Part shown: piece after piece, positions 48,343 through 58,440 of the stretch | Layout of the letters: each line of letters starts with the position of its first letter | Position numbering within the stretch: position 1 is the first letter of the stretch | Assembly: GCA_002269645.1 (NCBI GenBank) | Contig: NIVC01000436.1 | Span: 62,001 to 126,000 of the forward strand | DNA length: 64,000 bases | Source: Macrostomum lignano | Taxonomy: Eukaryota | Direction of reading: 5' to 3' | Translations under genes and position numbers: made by a program | Notes under the pieces: generated by a model | Told to the model about the DNA's origin: nothing | Seen by the model: only the letters and a program-made list of their open reading frames with translations | Databases searched by the model: none

Positions 48343-50031
48343 CATCAATTGGCAAAGTCTGGGCAGCATCATCACTCTGATATTATGAATGGAACTCCAG
48401 CTCATAGTCAGCCCAATGCTGGGCCGCCACCTCATCAGCATCATCCAGTACCAATGTCGCCTCATCAACACCTGCCACCAACACCACAGCCGCCATCATT
48501 CTGGTGGCCATTGGGCTCCTATCACGCTGCCGCCGCTGTCTATCAGGCCCAAAGTGGCAGCAGATATGAACAATTGTATAATCCATTTAGCGGAGCCGCC
48601 TATGGCCAGCAGCAGCAACAGCAGGCTCTGTCGCCTAGTGATGACCAACAACGGCAGCCCGTTTCCTCTGCTGTTCAACAGTCTGCGCCGCCGCCACTGG
48701 CTCAGAATTCTACTCTGACAAGGAATAGCTCAGCGAATGAGAAGCCAGTGACACAGCAGCAGCAGGAGGAGCAATCCTTTTGTGGATTTAAGTGCAAGAT
48801 CTGTCAGCAGGTGAGCGTTTATTAGTTGACAGCCAATAGCGAAGATCGATAGATTCAAGAACGGGTGGCATAGCTGATCACTAGCTATGTTTCCTTGACT
48901 AGCCAATTGGGGCCAATGCTAAGTAGTGCTAAGTTCAAGTAATATGCTGGCTTAAGGCTTTGATGTCTATTTATACGAGCTAGTTACTAATTTAAACCTC
49001 TTAGAGCCTAAATTCCATAAATTCTATAGGATATACTCAAGAACTACTCAAAGTAGGGCAGGAAACTACGTTTTTTTGGAAAATTTTAGGAGGCAATTTC
49101 TCCGTAAATTATATTACGGAGAATGGAGGTTTTCATTTTTTAGCATAAGATTTGTATTTGCTTTTATATCGAATGTCAGCTTGTCAAAATATGAACATTG
49201 GGTCTGCCTGCTATCAAAAGCAATAATTTTAGTTTCCCGTCCTACTTGAGTAGTCCTTGTTGGATATGCTAATTTTGATTATTACTTCAAATCTATCGAA
49301 TGCGAATACAGTGTTTAATATTTGGAACCCGGCTTTTTCCAAGCTACAATACATTCCCTGCCTCCTCCCCATTCACCACACGCCAACCGCAGCTCTGCTT
49401 CAGCAAGCAGGATCTGCAACAGCACAACAGTGCGGCGCACAAAACTGACGCCAGGCCGCACCAATGCGACACCTGCGGCAGGCAGTTCGCTACAGCTGCC
49501 TACCTGGGCCAGCACAGGCGAATTCACACCGGTCTGAGGCCGTACGGTTGCAAATTCTGCGACAAGCGATTCACCCAGCTGTCTCATGTGCAGCAGCACG
49601 AACGGGTGCACACTGGTGACCGGCCCTATCGTTGCTGTCACTGCGCCAAAACATTCGCCCAGATGAGCAACCTGCAGAGTCACCAGCGCCAGCATCAGCG
49701 CGACAAGCCGCACAGGTGCGCCGCCTGTCGGGCCTGCTTTGACACTCGCGACGATTTGGACACGCACACGGCTGCAAAGCACGGCGCCAACAGGTACAGC
49801 CGGGTGCTGCTGTGTAGGATCTGCAACAAGGCTTACAATTCTGAGACTTATTTGGCTAAGCATCTTAGTAAGCACGAGCAGCAGTATAGGCAGGCTGGCG
49901 ACGTCGGCGCCGGCACTAGCAAAGATAACGCCGCCGCTAGCGACGAGGTCGGCGATGTCGGTGGAGGAGTATCGTCCTCGACTGCAGCCGCGGCAGCTGC
50001 TGCGGTGGCCGCCTTTAAGTTTCCATTCTAG
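48343..50031 (+). CDS. ZNF384: C2H2 zinc-finger transcription factor, ZNF384/ZNF362-Rotund-Lin-29 family (6 fingers)
   Basis: Exons 48343-48810 and 49393-50031 join in phase 0, splitting the first finger (CKICQQ|LCFSKQDLQQH). TQLSHVQQHERVHTGDRPY, SNLQSHQRQH..DKP and AYNSETYLAKH are characteristic of the family. Possible upstream exon 46045-46086 (MGWNLINSFLMLMP|GTAAG), or start at ATG 48385. Confidence 0.88.
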
Positions 50032-50189
50032 ATGGGTTTAAAAGACATTTGATCTTACCGACATAGCGATGGTTGTGTCTTTCTGTGTTTAAAAATTTTA
50101 CACTTGTTCGATTAATTAGTATATCATTTTTCATCCTTTTAGAGCGGGATTTTCAATTTTAAATTTTCTGTACAGATATATACTTGCAT

Positions 50190-50630
50190 TCATGCTTGAG
50201 AGTGGAATTTTCCATTCATCCTTGAGAGTGGAATTTCCCATTCATCATTGAAAGTGGAATTTTCAATTTATTCTTAAGAGTGGAATTTTCCATTCGTCCT
50301 TAAGAGTGGAATTTTCCATTCATTTTGAGTGGAATTTTCCATTGATTCTTGAAAGTGGAAGTTTCCATTTACCCTTGAGAGTGGAATTTCCCATTCATCA
50401 TTGAAAGTGGAATTTTCAATTTATTCTTAAGAGTGGAATTTTCCATTCGTCCTTGAGAGTGAAATTTTCCATTCATTTTGAGTGGAATTTTCCATTGATT
50501 CTTGAAAGTGGAAGTTTCCATTTACCCTTGAGAGTGGAATTTCCCATTCATCATTGAAAGTGGAATTTTCCATTCATTCTTAAGAGTGGAATTTTCCATT
50601 CGTCCTTGAGAGTGGGATTTTCCTTTCATT
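50190..50630. repeat. 26-bp satellite with 153-bp higher-order period
   Basis: GAGTGGAATTTTCCATTCATCCTT(G)A units. The same variant unit recurs at about 50221, 50374 and 50527. Confidence 0.9.
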
Positions 50631-51411
50631 CTTAAGTAAAAATGTCCAATTGTACCTGAATTAAAAATGTTTTTGAATTAAATTTTCCAGTTAGCCTTAA
50701 TAGCCGTAGTAATGTCATGTTTAGCCTTGGCGATGAAATTTGAGCACTTATTCTCCTTAGATGTATAAGTCTAATTAAATGAAAATTTTAGTGTCTTAGA
50801 AAAAGTGGTAATACCTATTCCATTGTCGAAGGCTTTTTAGTGCCAAAATATTGTATTTTTCAAGTTGATTGTACAAACTGTGTCAGCGTACTAATATTAC
50901 TATTAATAATAAACTATTTATCAGTTTTTTTACATATCATGTACACGAGTTACAATCTTCCCGCTTTACTCTTGTACACATCGTATACTATAATTTATTG
51001 CACTCATTATCCTGCAATTTTCTCTCGATAATGATGCGTCCTTTTACTGCTGGATTGGATTTCATTTATGAACAGGTGTCTCTAGTCTGTTAATTTTATT
51101 AGCTTGATTGTACATGTAATGCCTAATCCTAAATCTGTACTATAAAAAGCTTACTTAATAATAATAGTACCAGTAAAGTAGTCTATAAGATGTAGCTTTT
51201 TACAGACATGCATGAAATAAACGAAATTCTCAATGCTACTCACTGTACTTTTCTGTAACTGCCTGCGCCTGAAAGCTTTTAAAATTATTTGTTAATTTTT
51301 TCATTCTTCAACACTAGCTGATTATGGCTAATGGCTAATTTGGCTACACTGGGCGTTGGCCAGAGTGCTGGCAGAGTACATGGTGCCCTTTTAAAGTAGC
51401 TTTGAGTTAGA

Positions 51412-52410
51412 TTAACCCCTCTCACGGTAGCTTTGGCACCCCCTCTCACTGTAGTTTTGGCGCCCCCTCTCAGGGTAGCTTTGGGGCCCCCTCTCAGGGT
51501 AGCTTTGGGGCCCCCTCTCAGGGTAGCTTTGGCACCCCCCTCTCACGGTAGCTTTGGCACCCCTCTCACGGTAGCTTTGGCACCCCCTCACTGTAGTTTT
51601 GGCGCCCTCTCTCACGGTAGCTTTGGCACCCCTCTCACGGTAGCTTTGGCACCCCTCTCACGGTAGCTTTGGCACCCCCTCTCACGGTAGCTTTGGCACC
51701 CCTCTCACGGTAGCTTTGGCACCCCCTCTCACTGTAGTTTTGGCGCCCCCTCTCACGGTAGCTTTGGCACCCCTCTCACGGTAGCTTTGGCACCCCCTCT
51801 CACGGTAGCTTTGGCGCCCCCTCTCACGGTAGCTTTGGCGCCCCCTCTCACGGTAGCTTTGGCGCCCCCTCTCACGGTAGCTTTGGCGCCCCCTCTCACT
51901 GTAGCTTTGGCGCTGATAGAGTGAGATTGATCAGTTGATAAGAGTGAGATTAACCCCTCTCACGGTAGCTTTGGCGCACCCTCTCACTGTAGCTTTGGCA
52001 CCCCCTCTCACGGTAGCTTTGGCGCTGATAGAGTGAGATTGATCAGTTGATAGAGTGAGATTGATTAGTTGATAAGAGTTAGATTAACCCCTCTCACTGT
52101 AGTTTTGGCGCCCCCTCTCAGGGTAGCTTTGGCGCTGATAGAGTGAGATTGATCAGTTGATAGAGTGAGATTGATTAGTTGATAAGAGTTAGATTAACCC
52201 CTCTCACTGTAGTTTTGGCGCCCCCTCTCAGGGTAGATTTGGCGCTGATAGAGTGAGATTGATCAGTTGATAGAGTGAGATTGATTAGTTGATAAGAGTT
52301 AGATTAACCCCTCTCACTGTAGCTTTGGCACCCCCTCTCACGGTAGCTTTGGCACCCCCTCTCAGGGTAGCTTTGGGGCCCCCTCCCACGGTAGCTTTGG
52401 CACCCCTAGC
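51412..52410. repeat. Composite minisatellite, 24-25 bp unit with interspersed GATAGAGTGAGATTGATCAGTT blocks
   Basis: CCCCTCTCACGGTAGCTTTGGC(A/G)CC repeats, with ~94-bp composite units in the distal half. Confidence 0.93.
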
Positions 52411-55400
52411 TCTTCCGTAGCTTGGCCGCCCTCTTCCATGGCTAATTTGGCGCCCCTAACGCAAACGTGCATGCAACAAGAAATCTTTTCTAGTTTCGCC
52501 CCTGGTTAGCAGCGTAAAAATAAAACAATAGCAAATTGAACACCAAGTTGAAAAATTGCAACATCAATATACTAACAGAAAATTAAAGAATGAACCGATT
52601 ACCTGAAATTTTATAATATCATTTTGCACTCACATGTATAGTCAAAATCAGCAGCGTGTAGACTGTAGAGACTTAACAATTGAAAAAAAAAACAAATAGA
52701 AGTAATATACAATTACCTCACTACATTAAAATAGCGAAACTTACAATAGTTGCATGTTAAAAACAATTCTAGAAAATACTATTGCTACTTGAAGTAGAAC
52801 GATGAAAAAATCCGAATATTTTAATTGAAAGATTCTAAAATATTTTTTCAAAGAATAGACGACCAGATATAAGCAATTGAATTGATCAGTTTCTCCGTTT
52901 GAAAAGCCTCTAGGAAGCGGCGGGCGCGTGATCCGTATTCGAAACTACTAAGGGATTCCGAATGGCTTGATTTTGGAGGTGGGGTGGGTGTCAACCCTCC
53001 TCGCCTCTCATTGGCTGGCGCCCCGATCACTAGGTGATCGATACCCGTATCGATATCGGCGCTCGGCGCGCGCGCGCCGCAGGCGCGTGGCGCCAAGCGC
53101 CGCAGGCGCACCCTCCCGATATTAGATCCCAATAAATCAATCAGATCCCAAATCAATCAGATCCCAAATCAATCAGATCCCAAGCGCACCCTCCCGAGCC
53201 GCAGGCGTCCATGCAGCAGGCGCCCCTCCCCGCCGCACGCGCCCTCCCCGACATGTATGCCGCAGGCGCCCTCCCCGTCTCAGGCGCCCCTCCCGATATG
53301 TATGCGCACTCTCCCTATATGTACACCGATATGTATGCAGCAGGCGCCCGAGTGTACACTCCCCGATATGTGTGTACACCGATATGTAGTCATCGATACG
53401 GGCCTCTTCCCCTCTCTCACCTACATCTCAACTAGCGAAATCGAACCCAGGTCGCGCCCATACTAGGACACTACACGGTTGTGGGGTATAGGGAGCGAGA
53501 AGTTTCAACCCTAACGCTGACGCAGCCCTGTACAGTGAGAGTGTACGGGCAGAGAGGGGTGGCGCGGACAGAGAACCAGCCACTAGGTTGTTATACTGTT
53601 GAAGCATAGGGAGCGAGAAGTTTTAACCCCGATGCTGACGCAGCCCTGTACACTGAGCGTGTACGGGCAGAGGGTGGGTGGAAAGAGATGTGAATAACAC
53701 AGCCTGCTGCAGGAGCCGGATAGAGAGGCGCATGCTAGGACAGAGAGGTAGTGTGAGTCACACACACCCCACAGAGAAAGCCATACAGAGGATAGAGAGC
53801 TCCCTCCCCAGTTGCAGGGGACAGAGAGGCAGGCAGGGTATGCAGGGGCATGCGAACCGTCAAGGGGCCACGCGAGGATAGAGTGGAGGAGCAGAGATGT
53901 GTTTGGACAGAGAGCCAGCCACGTGTGCGTAGTGTGAGGGAACAGAAACATATGGAGCAGGAGGGAGATAGGAAGCAAACGCGCAGGGTAAGGGAGCCAC
54001 ACAGGGCGGTACAGTGAGACACGGGCAGGGGTGGAGCCGTGCGTGGACAGAGCTGAACGGCACGGTCAGCTGCAGGAATAGGATGATAGAGAGGCGCGGA
54101 GGGGGACAGAGAGCAGTGTGCAGGGGTAGGCAGCCACGCAGGCTGGGGAACAGAGAGGCGCGTGTCAGCCAGTTGCAGCCCGGGACAGAGAAGTATGAAG
54201 GGGGGCCTGGGACAGAGTTCCGAGCAAGGCACAGAGGTAGGGTCCTGTAGCTATGTATAGGCAGGGAGCCACGCGAGGGCAGGACAGGGGAGCAGACATG
54301 CAAGTTGCATGCAAGGCCAGAGAGGTGTGCGCGGAGGGAGACAGAGAGCAGTGTGTAGGGGTAGGTAACAGCAAACTTTAGTAGCGGCGCGTGCGGGGAC
54401 GGAGAAACCAGTCAGAGCATACAGAGACGTTACAGAGAGGTACACAAGCAGAGACCAAAGCGAGCAGAGCACATGTGTAGGGACAGAGACGTGAGGGAGA
54501 ATCGACCAAAACACGCTATGTATTTTCAAAAGTTGGTTTTAGTGCAACATGTTTAATAGTGGGTAGTATAATAGTATGTACATAGTAGGTATAATAGTAG
54601 TAATAATAGTAAGCATATTAGCCCAAAAGGTAGACTAAAACAGGCTAAACTGTGTGTACGCATCCTCATCACCCCACAAGCCCCCTCTCCCGCCAGACTC
54701 ACTCTACCAAACCTGTATTGCTGCATGAAGGAAAATATAGTGTAAAAATACAGATCTTAACCGTCAGACCGCTGAAATCAGGGCACACTAGAGGGGGTTT
54801 CGGGGTCTGCATGCTCTATGTAAGCTGCTTGAGGAGGTTCCAAGGGCGTTGTGAGGGTTTCCATTATGTTTTGAAAAAAACTAGAGGCTTAAATACAACG
54901 TTTTATTCAAAAGTAGGTTATTTTAATGAAATAGCTGACACAATCATTGTCGAGAGTAGAAATTTTTATAAGAAACCAGGCATTTTAGCAAAAATAAACC
55001 TTCAAACCACATAAAATTGAATAAAAAGCAGACATTTTCAATTATAAACCGCAAGTATTTTAATAGAAAAGTAAGCAAACAAGGCACAAAACCAGCAAAT
55101 TTTACCTTTTTATTTTAATGTTACTGATAAGGTAGAGAGTAGAAACTTGTGAGCTGTACGGAGTTAGAAAGTATTAACCATTATGTATCGTATGAATTAT
55201 TAGTTCAGTACCAGCCATTGGTCAAGCGAGCATTTATGAAGTTATTACGAGTGATGAAGGGATAGAGAGCTATATACAGGAAGACAGTATCCTTCTAAAC
55301 CACCACGAACAGATTGCTAATAGAGATAAGCTTTGTCTGTGTGCAGTATGAGTAAGCGAAGGCGGGGCAAATACTTTTCCACATGCCGGACAGAACAGTA

Positions 55401-57459
55401 TTGTGCTAGGATTTCTCTCGAAATCGCGGTACGTTACTAGTTTTTATCACACCATCCAGATGCGTCAACTAGTCAGCAGTAGTCATTTATATGTTATTAG
55501 AACTTACAAACCCAGGTCAAGTAAATATTACAAAGAGTATATTACGTACACACACCAACTACGAATACCAAGCCATACTAGTCTACTTGCAGTGCTCCTG
55601 GAGGGAAGGGACGGCGGGGTGTACATCCGGCAGGGTGGGCGTCCAGCGAGTGTACATCTGACAGGATGGGTGTTCAGCAAGTGTACATCTGACAGGGTGG
55701 GCGTTCAGCAAGTGTACCTTCAGCGTCGAGTAGGTGTACACCCGTCAGTGGGAACTCAGCCCCTCCCACCAATGTCGTGTGCATGCGGTTAGTCAGTATA
55801 GTGGTGGGGTAGACGGTGCAGGAAGGAAACCCAGATGCTGACGCTGCCCTGTACAGCGAGCAACCAGCCCTCCTGTAGCAGGAGGGGGACAGAGAGTGCG
55901 TGGAGGCAGTAGGAGATAGAGGACGCTACCCGGCATGTCGCAGCACGCGGCGCGGGACAGAGAGGCAGTGTGTAAGTCACCCCCACAGGGAGAGCTGCCC
56001 TGGCAGGAGGCGCGGGACAGAGAGGCGGTGAATCACACCCCACGGAGAGAGCCGTACAGCGAGCTTCCCCACCCGAGTCCGGTAAATATTACAGAGTATT
56101 ACGTGCACACGCCAGCCCTGAATACCAAGCCATACTAGTCTACCTGCAGTGCTCCCAGAGGGAAGGGATGGTCAGGAGTTACACACCAAGAATGCATTCA
56201 TACAAAGAGTACACAACTCGAGCCCAGACACCAAGTCACAGTCTACTTACAGTAGAGATGGTAGATTAATAGCAAGATTATATTACAATTAGACCTCCCT
56301 AGCACATGAGGAGTGAAATTCAATAATAATTGAATTCAATAATAATACAACATTTAGACGTAGTAATTTAATTACAAAATACCACTAACACTGAGCCAAC
56401 GAATTGTAGGTTACAAAGGAGTTGCCACTCATATGGAAAGCCAGTATAATGCAGGTGTATATTATTAAAACATAGACAAAAACGATGCAGACGTATATAC
56501 ACACTATTGATTTTGTACATGTACATTTCGGCATATTACCACACATCGCAGGCACATATTATATATCGGGGGATAGGTTAAAATACACACATCGTAGATG
56601 TAGAAGCAGACACAATGCAGGAAAATTATGATACGAGTGTACATATTAGTGCGTAAAAGTATCATATTATGACACCCTGTAGCACATATTGACATAATGC
56701 AGGGGAAAATATTGACAGAAATAGTACACAATTGTAGAGGTAACAACCCGCCAACTAGTAAGGACATCCAGCACTTGTTCAGGTTTTTATTATTTCGAGA
56801 CGAGTGTCATGCCCCCGCAAGAGATCTTATCAGAAATTTGTTGAACTCCACTGCAACTCTCCCAGAGCCTCCAAATGTGAGTTTTTAACCCAGGGTCGAG
56901 TACAAAGGACCCGCCCACTCTTAACCCCAAGGGGTGATCGTAGCGGAGACCAAGTACAGTGCGGACGGAGAGGGGTAACAGAAAGCGCTGCATCAGACCG
57001 CAGGGCTGCATTCCTCCCCGAGGTAGGCGCGTCAGCTCCCACTCCTCATTTAACCATCAAGTAAACTAAAGAAGTCAAGCAGAAAGCCTTACAATCACCC
57101 GCAACCAGCACAAGTAAGAGTACTTTCCACTAGAGAGCCATAGTGCAAGATTCGCGAGCCAAGTTGAAGAAGCACACCAAATTACACTAAAGACATATGT
57201 ATTAAAAAGCATACCGGCACCTCTACAAAAACACAGTATGTACCGATTAAAGTTGCTTTTGGTGCAGTGTATTTAATAAAAAGCAGGTACCTAACACAAA
57301 AGTAGGCATCAATGCAGTGCACGGACTAAACTGTATTTACAAACGCAGGGCAACGAACTACACACAATGTAGCGCATAGACATAATTGTACGCATAAATG
57401 TACGCAATTTCCGGTATATAGGACCACATGCACGCAAATGCACACAATGCACACAAACA

Positions 57460-57485
57460 AACACACACACACACAAACACAAACA

Positions 57486-57528
<43 letters not shown>

Positions 57529-57615
57529 AGGCGCATCCTGCAGAGCGCATCCTGCAGCGCCGATCGCCGCAGGCGATGGCGCCATCGGCAGGAAGCTCTT
57601 GCTGTGAATACGCCT

Positions 57616-57652
<37 letters not shown>

Positions 57653-57680
57653 GTGTTTGTGTGTGTGTGTGTGTTTGTTT
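57460..57680. repeat. (CA)n and (TG)n microsatellites flanking the palindrome axis
   Basis: CA-rich run 57460-57526, mirrored by TG-rich run 57618-57680. Confidence 0.95.
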
Positions 57681-58065
57681 GTGTACATTGTGTACATTTG
57701 CGTACATGTGGTCCTATATACCGGAAATTGCGTACATTTATGCGTACAATTATGTCTATGCGCTACATTGTGTGTAGTTCGTTGCCCTGCGTTTGTAAAT
57801 ACAGTTTAGTCCGTGCACTGCATTGATGCCTACTTTTGTGTTAGGTACCTGCTTTTTATTAAATACACTGCACCAAAAGCAACTTTAATCGGTACATACT
57901 GTGTTTTTGTAGAGGTGCCGGTATGCTTTTTAATACATATGTCTTTAGTGTAATTTGGTGTGCTTCTTCAACTTGGCTCGCGAATCTTGCACTATGGCTC
58001 TCTAGTGGAAAGTACTCTTACTTGTGCTGGTTGCGGGTGATTGTAAGGCTTTCTGCTTGACTTCT

Positions 58066-58440
58066 TTAGTTTACTTGATGGTTAAATGAGGAGTGGGAGC
58101 TGACGCGCCTACCTCGGGGGAGGAATGCAGCCCTGCGGTCTGATGCAGCGCTTTCTGTTACCCCTCTCCGTCCGCACTGTACTTGGTCTCCGCTACGATC
58201 ACCCCTTGGGGTTAAGAGTGGGCGGGTCCTTTGTACTCGACCCTGGGTTAAAAACTCACATTTGGAGGCTCTGGGGAGAGTTGCAGTGGAGTTCAACAAA
58301 TTTCTGATAAGATCTCTTGCGGGGGCATGACACTCGTCTCGAAATAATAAAAACCTGAACAAGTGCTGGATGTCCTTACTAGTTGGCGGGTTGTTACCTC
58401 TACAATTGTGTACTATTTCTGTCAATATTTTCCCCTGCAT
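58066..58440 (-). CDS. Possible 124-aa ORF inside the palindromic element (mirror copy 56697-57069 is frameshifted)
   Basis: ATG-initiated, non-repetitive ORF MQGKILTEIVHNCRG... No family recognised. Confidence 0.2.
   Translation of the reverse strand: MQGKILTEIVHNCRGNNPPTSKDIQHLFRFLLFRDECHAPARDLIRNLLNSTATLPRASKCEFLTQGRVQRTRPLLTPRGDRSGDQVQCGRRGVTESAASDRRAAFLPRGRRVSSHSSFNHQVN

Noticed and set aside
52848-53156. 102-aa ORF crossing the left palindrome junction, and the many mirrored 60-165 aa ORFs in the arms
   Set aside because: Chimeric or low-complexity frames, mostly with non-ATG starts and no recognisable domains.
57534-57610. Palindrome axis as a leftover sequencing adapter
   Set aside because: No resemblance to the SMRTbell adapter, it shares a motif with the element ends, and the outer flanks rejoin sensibly. 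An artefact is still not excluded without reads.
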